From NCBI GenBank assembly GCA_965219405.1, contig OZ244736.1, positions 143,730-207,729 on the forward strand: 64,000 nucleotides of DNA, given 5' to 3'. The DNA comes from Dehalococcoidia bacterium. GTDB lineage: Bacteria; Chloroflexota; Dehalococcoidia; UBA6926. This document shows positions 18,876-27,765 of this stretch, in pieces (the first letter of the stretch is position 1; each line of letters starts with the position of its first letter). Made by a program: the position numbers and the translations under genes. The notes under the pieces are model-generated. The model searched no databases, was not told where the DNA came from, and saw only the letters and a program-made list of their open reading frames with translations.

Positions 18876-20276
18876 CTATCCCCCACCTCCGCCGGAGAAG
18901 CCGGGCTCCGTCATCTTGGCGGCGTCAAGGATTTCCTCCAGCGCCGCCTCGCCTAGCTCCGTCGTCCGTAGGGCCACTTGTCGCACGGTTTCGCCCGTTT
19001 CCGATGCCTCATGCGCGATTGCGGCGGCGGCATCGTAGCCGATGACCGGGGCGAGCGCCGTGCAGATCGCCAGCCCTTGCTCCACGGTCTCTGGCCCGCG
19101 CTGCGTGGAAACAAGCCCCTCGATGCACTGCTCACGGAAGTTGTCCGCCTCCGCGGCAAGCAGAGCGATGGACTGCAGCAGATTGTACGCCGCGACGGGC
19201 ATCATGACGTTCAACTCGAAGTTGCTGCCCTGCGCGTCGGCGATTGTCACGGTCACGTGGTTGCCCATGACCTGCGCCGCCGCCTGCGCAACGGACTCCG
19301 CGATGACGGGGTTGATCTTGCCGGGCATGATCGATGAGCCCGGCTGGACCTCCGGCAGGGCGATCTCGCCGAATCCGGCGCGCGGCCCGGAGCCGAGCCA
19401 ACGCACGTCGTTGGCGATCTTCAACATGCTGACCGCGACGGTGTTGAGGACGCCGCTCGCCTCCGTGACGGCATTCAGCGTGCTCTGCGCCTGGAAGTGG
19501 TTCTCCGTCTCACGGATGGGGAGGCCGGTGGAGGACGCGAGACGCGCGCAGACCATCTCCGAGAACGCAATGTCACGCCCAATGCCGGTGCCGACGGCCG
19601 TCCCGCCGAGCGGGACCTCGCAGAGTTCATCGACGGCGTGACGCAGCCGCCGAACCGCCCGCTCCATTTGCCCCGCATGGCCCAGAAACTCCTGGCCGAG
19701 CCGGATGGGCGTGGCGTCCTGCAGGTGCGTGCGGCCCGTCTTGATGATGTCCCAAAAGGCCGCCGATTTGTCGGCAAGCGTCTGTTGCAGGCGCTCCAAT
19801 GCGGGCACGAGTTCTATAACAATGCCGTGCGCGGCGGCGACCTGTATGGCCGTGGGTATGACATCGTTGGAAGACTGACCGCGGTTGACGTGGTCGTTGG
19901 GATGAACCATGCGCGAGCCGACCTCGCCGCCGAGAATCTGCGTCGCGCGGTTTGCGATGACCTCGTTCGCGTTCATGTTGGTGGACGTGCCGGAGCCGGT
20001 CTGGAAGATATCGAGCACGAAATGGTCGTCATGCTCGCCGTCCATCACTTCCTGTGCCGCAGATCGGACGGCCGCGGCCATCTCCGGCGCGACACCACCG
20101 AGTTCTTCGTTGACTTCGGCGGCGGAGCGCTTGATCAGCGCGAGGGCTCGGATGAAGCTTCGGGAGAAGCGAAGGCCGCTGATGGGAAAATTGCGGACCG
20201 CGCGCTGTGTCTGCGCGCCCCAGAGGGCCTCGTCCGGCACCTCCATCTCGCCCATTGAGTCACGTTCGATGCGCAT
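18876..20276 (-). CDS. fumC: Class II fumarate hydratase
   Basis: RIERDSMG, QTGSGTSTNMN, HPNDHVN.GQSSND, KTGRTHLQDATP, GSSIMPGKINP. Confidence 0.96.
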   Translation of the reverse strand: MRIERDSMGEMEVPDEALWGAQTQRAVRNFPISGLRFSRSFIRALALIKRSAAEVNEELGGVAPEMAAAVRSAAQEVMDGEHDDHFVLDIFQTGSGTSTNMNANEVIANRATQILGGEVGSRMVHPNDHVNRGQSSNDVIPTAIQVAAAHGIVIELVPALERLQQTLADKSAAFWDIIKTGRTHLQDATPIRLGQEFLGHAGQMERAVRRLRHAVDELCEVPLGGTAVGTGIGRDIAFSEMVCARLASSTGLPIRETENHFQAQSTLNAVTEASGVLNTVAVSMLKIANDVRWLGSGPRAGFGEIALPEVQPGSSIMPGKINPVIAESVAQAAAQVMGNHVTVTIADAQGSNFELNVMMPVAAYNLLQSIALLAAEADNFREQCIEGLVSTQRGPETVEQGLAICTALAPVIGYDAAAAIAHEASETGETVRQVALRTTELGEAALEEILDAAKMTEPGFSGGGGG

Positions 20277-20388
20277 AGAGAAATCGTCCTCCTGTTGCCG
20301 CGTGATTGATCGGCGCGGCGCTTCGAAGGCCGCCCCGCCCAGTCATGATACTAGCGAGACCGAGACGCTGCCGCCCAAGGTCGGGCAA

Positions 20389-21921
20389 CTATCCCGAGGT
20401 AAGCATCAGCGATTCTCTCGATCCGTTTATTGAATTCGCCGACAGGCTCAAAAATCCCTGGTAGCGGCGCGCTGACAGCCGTACCGGGTGACTCTTATCG
20501 CCTTCCTGAAGGAGATGGCGCGCGCGACGGCTTGCCTCCGATTCACCGGGATTCGGCAGGGCAGCATATACTTCCCGCGTCCGCCGCTCGAGCTCGGCAT
20601 CAGATTCCAGGTCAGCCACCGCAAGCAGGAAGGGGAGGACGGCGGTTGCGATGATGTCCAGGGCACGACCCCAGCCGAGAAGGGCGGACGTTCTGCCCCG
20701 TCGAGCGACATCGAAATCCCGGTGGGATGCCCAGTAGCCTCCCGCCGGAATGATGAGCGTGTCGGTCAGCCGCGCGGCGGTATCGCGAGGACTCTCATCC
20801 TCAGTAATTGCAGCTCTCAGGTCGTTCGGCAGTCCCTGCCCAGCCAACCAACGCCGCATCATCTCGACTGCCGCGCCCATTCGCCGTATCGGATGGTTGT
20901 CAGGGCGCACGCGGAATGTCTGCCATGACTCGCGCGGCAACGATTCCAGGCCCGGATAGCGCGCCCACTCCGCCTCCGCCGCCGTCGTCAAATGGTCACG
21001 AGTGTCCGTTTTCTGTCCGGCGAACGAAAGTCGACCCTGCTCCTCTTTGCTACGCTGCGACGGCAGCAACCCCGCCGTCCCAAACAGGAGGCCCGTCAGC
21101 CGCGCCAGGCGTGCCTCCTCGTCTGGTGCGCCGTCCGTCAAGCCGCCCAGAGTGTCGATCGGCATGAGCCGCGCGACCTCCTGGAATGCGGTCATATTGC
21201 GGGTATACCCAAGACCCCTCAAGAGAGCTTCATACAGCGCCTGCTCCGACCCGACAACGGCGATGTCACCCTCCATGGCCGCCGCCCGCTCCTCGAGCCG
21301 CGCATCACCAAGCGAGTCAAGTATCTCGACCACGCCGCGCGCCTTTCGTGTGCCGAGACCTGGAATAGCGCGTGGCTGTCGATTTGCGCCTGCGACCATG
21401 CGCTTTCCTTGGCGCATTTCGAGCACAGACGCTCCCGCAATCTCCGTCATCCCCTGTACGTCCTCAACGACGTGTAGCACGACGCTCGCAAAGGCCGGGT
21501 TCGTTTCATGCCCGTGCGCGAACCAGTCCGTGGCGCGCAGGTGCATCTCAACGTCGCCACGGATGACGCGGCGCGGTTGGCCGGGGGACGCAATCGCGAT
21601 GACTGCGCCCAGGAAATCCGGGCCGTCGCCGGAGTTACGGACACCTGGCTGAAGAACTTCAACCGCGGCTCCGGTGACGGTTCTCAGTCGCTGTCCCCGC
21701 CTGTTCGCCACGCCGGACTCCCACGCGTCGCAGAGGTCTTTTTCGCTTGGCCACGCGCCCAGTGCCCCGGACACGCCGACGGCATAATGCGCCGCTCCGT
21801 CACGAATACTGGATCTTATGGACGGCCTGGCATCGCCATCCGAGTAGGAGGCGCGGCGCAGACGCCGCAGTTCGATACCGTTCACTGAATCAATCCCGCG
21901 CATGTCAGGATTGTAGCGCAA
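20389..21921 (-). CDS. DUF2851-like protein (true start probably downstream of 21921)
   Basis: PG..N...GPDF, GDVEMH, DWFAHGH, VVLHVV, LGY..N, W..FRVRPDNHP.RR, QG.L motifs. Confidence 0.8.
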   Translation of the reverse strand: MRYNPDMRGIDSVNGIELRRLRRASYSDGDARPSIRSSIRDGAAHYAVGVSGALGAWPSEKDLCDAWESGVANRRGQRLRTVTGAAVEVLQPGVRNSGDGPDFLGAVIAIASPGQPRRVIRGDVEMHLRATDWFAHGHETNPAFASVVLHVVEDVQGMTEIAGASVLEMRQGKRMVAGANRQPRAIPGLGTRKARGVVEILDSLGDARLEERAAAMEGDIAVVGSEQALYEALLRGLGYTRNMTAFQEVARLMPIDTLGGLTDGAPDEEARLARLTGLLFGTAGLLPSQRSKEEQGRLSFAGQKTDTRDHLTTAAEAEWARYPGLESLPRESWQTFRVRPDNHPIRRMGAAVEMMRRWLAGQGLPNDLRAAITEDESPRDTAARLTDTLIIPAGGYWASHRDFDVARRGRTSALLGWGRALDIIATAVLPFLLAVADLESDAELERRTREVYAALPNPGESEASRRARHLLQEGDKSHPVRLSARRYQGFLSLSANSINGSRESLMLTSG

Positions 21922-21925
21922 GTGT

Positions 21926-23230
21926 TCAGGTCCGGGTTTGGCCGTCTCCGACGATGGTCCACTTGTAGGACGTCAGTTCTCGCAGTCCCATTGGCCCACG
22001 CGCGTGCAGCTTGTTGGTGCTGATCGCTACCTCCGCGCCCAGCCCCAGCTGCGCGCCATCCGTAAACCGGCTTGAAGCGTTCACGATGACTGCCGCCGCG
22101 TCCACCTCATCAAGGAACCGCGCCGCGTTCTCGTCACTCGTCGTCAGGATCGCCTCCGTGTGGCCGGAGCCGTATTCCGCGATGTGCTCCAGCGCCTCAT
22201 CGATGGAATCGACCACCTTCACAGCGGCCGTCAGGGACAGGAATTCGCGGCCCCAATCGTCCTCGACGGCTGTGATGACCCGCGTGGGAGGCTCAGGGCC
22301 AATCAGCGCGAGCGAGCGCCTGTCCGCGTGGATCTCCACGTTGTCCCGCGCCCACGCCGCCACCACGGCGGGAAGCAGCGTAGGAGCGGCCTGCGCATGG
22401 ACAAGCAGCGTGTCCAGCGCATTGCACACCGTCGGCCGCTGCACCTTGGCGTTGTAGGCGATGGCGACAGCTTGCTCGATGTCCGCGTCCGCATCCACAT
22501 AGGTGTGGCAGACGCCGATACCCCCCGTCACAACGGGAATCCGAGCGTTGTCCCGCACAAAGCGAATGAGCGTATCGCTGCCGCGCGGAATCAACAGGTC
22601 GATCCCGCCCTCGTATACCAGCATCTGCCCGACGATGGCCCTGTCGGTGGATTCGATGATCTGGGCCGCGTCCCGAGGCAGCCCGGCATCCTCCAACGCC
22701 TCTTGCACGATGCCTGCGAGCGTCGTCGTGGAGTTGATGGCCTCTTTCCCGCCCCGCAGGATGACGGCGTTGCCGGACTTGATGCAGAGGGCGGCGATGT
22801 CGATGGTGACGTTTGGACGGCTCTCATAGACGGCGGCGATGACGCCGAGCGGCACGCGCCTGCGGCAGATGCGGAGGCCGTTGGGAAGGGTTGATATATC
22901 GAACTCCTCGCCGATGGGATCCGGCAAGGCGATGGTTGCCCGAACATCGGCGGCCATCCCCCGCACGCGCTCCTCGTTCAGCAAAAGCCGATCCAGCAAG
23001 ACATCCGACATGCCGTCTGCCTGCGCCGACGCATAATCCTGCGCGTTGGCGGCGACGATTTCGTCGGCGCGCTCCTCCAGCGAAGCCGCGATGCGCTCAA
23101 GCGCCCGGTTCTTCTCCTCTGTAGACGCCCGCGAAAGCGGCCGGCTCGCCTTGCGCGCCGCCTGCGCCTTGCTGACGAGCTCCTCTGAAAGTTCACCCAT
23201 TTCGGTTGATCGTGTCGCGGTCGCCGTCAT
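21926..23230 (-). CDS. proA: Gamma-glutamyl phosphate reductase
   Basis: VPLGVI..YESRPNVT, KSGNAVILRGG, CNALDTLLVH, NASSRFTDG, KLHARGPMGL. Confidence 0.97.
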   Translation of the reverse strand: MTATATRSTEMGELSEELVSKAQAARKASRPLSRASTEEKNRALERIAASLEERADEIVAANAQDYASAQADGMSDVLLDRLLLNEERVRGMAADVRATIALPDPIGEEFDISTLPNGLRICRRRVPLGVIAAVYESRPNVTIDIAALCIKSGNAVILRGGKEAINSTTTLAGIVQEALEDAGLPRDAAQIIESTDRAIVGQMLVYEGGIDLLIPRGSDTLIRFVRDNARIPVVTGGIGVCHTYVDADADIEQAVAIAYNAKVQRPTVCNALDTLLVHAQAAPTLLPAVVAAWARDNVEIHADRRSLALIGPEPPTRVITAVEDDWGREFLSLTAAVKVVDSIDEALEHIAEYGSGHTEAILTTSDENAARFLDEVDAAAVIVNASSRFTDGAQLGLGAEVAISTNKLHARGPMGLRELTSYKWTIVGDGQTRT

Positions 23231-23347
23231 CACGGTCACTCTTTCCCTGGACGGCAATGAAGAGTCTATGCCGCCGACTATTAGCGTTTATCGATTCTCC
23301 AATTGTAATTGCGTGGATGGGGGCCTTCAAATGAGTCAGGCCGCCCC

Positions 23348-24523
23348 TCACAGCAACGTCAGGTGGTCGCGGTGGACCATCTCTTCGCCGTGATAGATGG
23401 CACCAGAATCGCTTTGCGCGTCAAAGAAAGCGCGCACCTCAGGGGAGTGAAGACCTGCCAGACGCCGCATGAGGCCTGCGGGATAAGAGACCGCCCCCCG
23501 CGCCACGCCCGTCTCGTCCGGCCCGACGATCTCCACGACGTCGCCGGTGGTGAACTCGCCGCGTACCTCGCGAACCCCGACCGCGAGGAGGCTTGATGTA
23601 CCCTTTCGCAGCGCCCTCGCAGCGCCCTCGTCCACAACAACCTGTCCACGCACGAAGAGGGGACCGAGGGAACGCCTCCGGGCGGACGGACGCCGTCGTC
23701 CCCATGCCTCAAACCGCGTCCCGATATCCTCGCCCCGCGCGATACGCAGCAACACGTCCGGGGTCTTGCCGTTGGCAATCACGACCGCAGTGCCCCAGGA
23801 TGTGGCCTCCGCGGCTGCCCGAACCTTTGATGCCATACCCCCGCGTCCCAGTTCGCTCGGCATCTCGGCGGCCATCGCGAGCGTGGCGTCCGTCACACGG
23901 TCTACGCGGTGAATAAGCGCCGCATCCGGGTTGGCACGTGGATCACTGTCGTAGAGCCCGTCGCGATCCGTCAGGAGTATCAGCATATCCGCCGCCATGA
24001 GATTCGTGAGAGCGGCTGAGAGCGTGTCGTTGTCGCCGAGTGTTTCGCTCAGTTCCTCCGAGGCGACGACATCGTTCTCGTTGATGACGGGAATCACGCC
24101 GAAGCCCAGCAGTTCACGCAGCGTGCGGCGAATGCTGACAGCGGAACGGCCTGCAGTGAAGTCGGATCGGGTGATAAGCGCCTGGCCGACGATGAGCCCG
24201 TGATCCGTGAATGCCGCCTCCCACGAGCGCATGAGTCGGTGCTGCCCTATCGCCGCGAGGGCCTGCAGCGTCGCGACTCCCCGTCCTCTGCCCCGTAGAC
24301 CGATGATGCTGCGTCCAAGAGCAACTGCCGCGGACGTGACGACAATCACCTGCGATTGGGCAGCAACAATCTCCGCGACCTGCTTCGCAATCGACGTGAT
24401 GAGACCGTCATCAAGTTGATCACCACCACCTGTCAGCACACCGGTGCCGAGCTTGGCGATGATCAGCTGATTACGAGGCAACGCAGCGCCCTGATGCGTG
24501 TCTAATCCGGTGTTATTGACCAC
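23348..24523 (-). CDS. proB: Glutamate 5-kinase with PUA domain (start approximate)
   Basis: AKLGTG, AAIGQ, PVINENDVV, GDNDTLSA, GGMASKV.AA, VDEGA, HRDHL. Confidence 0.95.
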   Translation of the reverse strand: MVNNTGLDTHQGAALPRNQLIIAKLGTGVLTGGGDQLDDGLITSIAKQVAEIVAAQSQVIVVTSAAVALGRSIIGLRGRGRGVATLQALAAIGQHRLMRSWEAAFTDHGLIVGQALITRSDFTAGRSAVSIRRTLRELLGFGVIPVINENDVVASEELSETLGDNDTLSAALTNLMAADMLILLTDRDGLYDSDPRANPDAALIHRVDRVTDATLAMAAEMPSELGRGGMASKVRAAAEATSWGTAVVIANGKTPDVLLRIARGEDIGTRFEAWGRRRPSARRRSLGPLFVRGQVVVDEGAARALRKGTSSLLAVGVREVRGEFTTGDVVEIVGPDETGVARGAVSYPAGLMRRLAGLHSPEVRAFFDAQSDSGAIYHGEEMVHRDHLTLL

Positions 24524-24684
24524 AATCGCTCTCTCGCCAGCCCTCGGCGGCATTCCAGAAATACAGTCCAACGATAATCCGTTGCCAAACGACAACGGTG
24601 TTAAAAGTATATCCCCGTCATTCCTCTGCCACTGCTACAATCGGCTTGCCGCCGGATAGCGGCGACGATTCGAGTACCTGGCAG

Positions 24685-25911
24685 GTGAGCGCCATTCGCG
24701 TCACGACTCTTTCCTTGACCCATTTCAGGAACTACGCCACGCAGGACTTTGAGCCGGCGGACGGCGTCACTGTACTCGCGGGCGATAACGGGCAGGGCAA
24801 GACAAACCTCCTCGAATCCCTATTCATTCTCGCAACCGGCCACTCCCATCGCGCAGACACGGATCGAGAGGTCATCGGCTGGAGCGCGGCGCGAGAACCG
24901 ATACCGTACTCACGCATCGCAGCGGATGTGACCGCGGGCGATGGCGCGGAACGCAAGCTGGAACTCGTCATGCAGCTTGCGCCGCGAGGACAAGGAGGGG
25001 AACCTCCTGCGGTCGCTAAGAGAACGATCGGGCCTTCAGGTCTCAGGGGCGGCACGCTTCAGAAGGGCTACAAGGTCAACGGCGTCCGGCAGCGTTCGGC
25101 GAACAGCGTCGGCGACCTTGCGGTTGTTCTTGCGGGGCCGGAGGAGGTCGACCTGTTCGCAGGCCCTCCGGCGGACCGACGCCGCGCAATCGATTCAACT
25201 GCGCTCCAAACGGATGCGGAGTATGCCCAGACACTTCGACGCTATGAGCGGCTGGTCACCCAGCGCAATGCGGCGCTTAGGGAGGCCCGCGAACGTGGCA
25301 CTACGCAGAGGACTGAGGACATGCGCCTGTGGGAGCAGGAGATGATCCGCGCGGGCGCATTTCTTCTCGGCTTTCGGATGACCATGATCAACGTCTTGCA
25401 GAAAGAGATGTTGGCTGCCCACGCCGAATTCACGGGCCGCACCGGCCACCTTGCGCTTGAGTACCGTTCAACGGTCACTATTGGCGAGGATGAGGGCGCA
25501 TCCCCCGACCTGCAGCAGAGTTTCGCCGATGCCCTGGAAAGCGCGTGGGCGCGTGACTCGGCCACCGCAACGACGTCCGTTGGGCCGCACCGCGATGACC
25601 TGCGTGTGGTGTCCGGCGATGTCGATCTTGGCGTCTACGGCTCTCGCGGCCAGCAACGAACGGCGGCGCTTGCTCTGGTCATCGCGCAGTCGGCGTACAT
25701 CGGGCAAAGGCTCGGCGATGAACCGGTCATCCTGCTCGACGATCCGCTATCCGAGCTTGATGCGGATCGTCGCGAGCGCGTACTGCACCACTGCCTGACG
25801 CCCGGCCGGCAGGTTCTCATTACCACCGCCGACGTTGAACTCATCCCCGCAGAGGTTCGCGCTCATGCCGCTATGTTCACCGTGCGCGGCGGTTCTGTGA
25901 CAAAGGCGTGA
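24685..25911 (+). CDS. recF: DNA replication/repair protein RecF
   Basis: FRNY, GDNGQGKTNLLE, GPP..RRR, GPHRDD, GSRGQQRT, LLDDPLSELD. Confidence 0.96.
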   Translation: MSAIRVTTLSLTHFRNYATQDFEPADGVTVLAGDNGQGKTNLLESLFILATGHSHRADTDREVIGWSAAREPIPYSRIAADVTAGDGAERKLELVMQLAPRGQGGEPPAVAKRTIGPSGLRGGTLQKGYKVNGVRQRSANSVGDLAVVLAGPEEVDLFAGPPADRRRAIDSTALQTDAEYAQTLRRYERLVTQRNAALREARERGTTQRTEDMRLWEQEMIRAGAFLLGFRMTMINVLQKEMLAAHAEFTGRTGHLALEYRSTVTIGEDEGASPDLQQSFADALESAWARDSATATTSVGPHRDDLRVVSGDVDLGVYGSRGQQRTAALALVIAQSAYIGQRLGDEPVILLDDPLSELDADRRERVLHHCLTPGRQVLITTADVELIPAEVRAHAAMFTVRGGSVTKA

Positions 25912-25926
25912 ACTGTGGTTTCGCGC

Positions 25927-25955
25927 TTGACGTATATTCCTATTCGGCGTAGGTT
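25927..25955 (+). promoter_or_regulatory. Putative sigma70 promoter for the CoA-transferase pair
   Basis: TTGACG-17 nt-TAGGTT; followed by hairpin TCGGGCG/CGCCCGA (25968-25991) and GGAGG RBS. Confidence 0.6.
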
Positions 25956-26008
25956 CAAAGTGTGTGGTCGGGCGCATTTGAATTCGCCCGAATTATGGAG
26001 GATGTGTC

Positions 26009-26857
26009 ATGACGAGAATCGTCAGCATCGAAGAAGCGGGCAATCGATTCAAGGACGGGATGCTCATCGCCACCACTGGCGGCAATGACCGCGCATCCAT
26101 GGCGCTGACGCGGGAGATTGTGCGTCGCGGCATCGAGGACCTCACCCTCGTGTTCACGCCTGCGGGCGGCGTGCAGGGCGACATGCTCATTGGCGCGGGC
26201 GCGGTCAAGGCCATAGACACCGGCTCTCTCACGTTCGGTGAGCGGGGGTTCGCGCCGAACTACCGGCGTGTAGCCAAAGAGGGAGGAATCGCCGCGCTGG
26301 ACAGTACCTGACCCGTCACGCTCACAGGGCTCCAGGCTGGAGCCAACGGCGTGCCGTTCATTCCGTCCCGTGGCGTGATTGGCACCGACCTCGTCAATCT
26401 CCACCCCAACTGGAAGATCATCGAAGACCCCTACAACGAGGGACATGACATCCTGCTCGTTCCGGCCATTCGTCCGGACATCGCCATGATCCACGCCTTC
26501 AAGGCTGATCAGAACGGCAACGTCCTTGCGCCGAGCTACGAGGACCGCATGGTTGCCCAGGCAAGCGACAAGGTTCTTGTGACGGTTGAGGAAATCGTCG
26601 ATTACGACCTCTCCGAGGATTCGCGCGGCGGCCATCTGATACCGTGGCCGTTTGTCAGCCTCGTTATCCACACCCCGAAGGGCTCGCACCCCGGCGGCAT
26701 GAAGCCGTACTACGAGGCGGACAATGATCACTTCTCGCAGTACATGGAGGCCTCCAAGACGTCCGACGGATTCAAGGCATACCTCGACGAGTTCGTGTGT
26801 GGGCATACCGAGGACGAGTACCGCGAGATGGTGACACGCGTCGCCGTTCCCGCATAG
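26009..26857 (+). CDS. Family I CoA-transferase subunit A (GctA-like), 282 aa with in-frame TGA at codon 101; probable selenoprotein
   Basis: Track ORFs 26009-26311 and 26351-26857 are in the same frame and separated only by TGA 26309-26311; joined read DST-U-PVTLTGLQAGANGVPFIPSRGVIGTDL; motifs LVPAIRPD, ADQNGN, VTVEEIV, GSHP. Confidence 0.85.
26312..26353 (+). promoter_or_regulatory. Candidate bacterial SECIS element
   Basis: Lower stem CACGCT(26317-22)/GGCGTG(26348-53); upper stem GGCTCCA(26328-34)/TGGAGCC(26338-44); apical loop GGC starts with G, with 23 nt between it and the UGA. Confidence 0.7.
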
Positions 26858-26879
26858 ACCGTCGTACATCCCGAGCGCG

Positions 26880-27626
26880 ATGCCGTTTCAGTCAGACGAC
26901 TACACGATCGGCGAATTGATGGCCACCCGCATTTCGCGGGAGGTTCACGACGACACATATGTCGGTTCGGGCGCCGCATCACCGGTGCCGATGGCCGGTG
27001 TCCTTTTGGCACAGGAGACGCATGCGCCGGACATGATCTACATCGCAATCGGCGCGTCCAACCCTGCGCTAAGCCCGATCAGCGGCAAGGAGACCTTTGA
27101 CCTCGCCCAACGTGGCAAGCTCGACATCTTCTTCCTGGGCGGGGCGCAGATCGACGGCCACGGCAACATCAACCTGACCACAATTGGCGACCATGACAGG
27201 CCGGACGTGCGCCTCCCCGGCGCCGCCGGCTCCGGGATGCTCTACTTCATGACGAATCGCGTCATCCTCTTCCGCCTGGAGCACACCAGGCGCGTCTTCG
27301 TGGAAGATGTGGATTTCATCACGTCCGCCGGCTCTAGCGGGGAGCGTGTGGAGCGCCCCGGCGGCCCTTCCATGCTCATCACCAACATCTGCGTGATGAT
27401 GTACCAGAAGGATCAGAAGAAGTTCCTGCTTGAGTCCGTCCACCCCGGCGTCTCCGTCGATGAGGTGGTGGAAAACACCGGATTCGAGATCCTCATTCCC
27501 GACGAGGTGCCGGTGACAACGGCCCCGACGCCGGAGCAATTGGAACTACTTCGTGGCTCCATCAAAGACCGCGTCGGCGGCGAATATCCGGGGTTCGTCG
27601 CATCGGGAGGATTCGGGGACTCGTAA
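26880..27626 (+). CDS. Family I CoA-transferase subunit B (GctB-like)
   Basis: THAPD, FLGGAQIDGHGNINL, RLPGAAG, FVEDVDFITS, LESVHPGVS..EV.ENTGF. Confidence 0.92.
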   Translation: MPFQSDDYTIGELMATRISREVHDDTYVGSGAASPVPMAGVLLAQETHAPDMIYIAIGASNPALSPISGKETFDLAQRGKLDIFFLGGAQIDGHGNINLTTIGDHDRPDVRLPGAAGSGMLYFMTNRVILFRLEHTRRVFVEDVDFITSAGSSGERVERPGGPSMLITNICVMMYQKDQKKFLLESVHPGVSVDEVVENTGFEILIPDEVPVTTAPTPEQLELLRGSIKDRVGGEYPGFVASGGFGDS

Positions 27627-27765
27627 ACCAAGCCCTCACCGCCACGCTCGCCTCTGCGGGAGCGCCTCCTGGTTGCCGACGGTTCCGATATCCCCTTCGA
27701 TGATCAACGTGAACGAACCTGTCACCGTGTTCTTGACCGTCCCCACTGTGGATACGGTCCCTCGG

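Noticed and set aside
26009-26857. Genome-wide UGA=Trp/Gly recoding as the explanation for the in-frame TGA
   Set aside because: Many genes here end at TGA at their expected C-termini (aapP, recF, sufS, proA) and Trp is encoded by TGG.
25955-26869. 304-aa antisense ORF spanning the CoA-transferase A gene
   Set aside because: No recognisable motifs; a shadow of GC-rich codon bias on the sense strand, where family motifs are clear.
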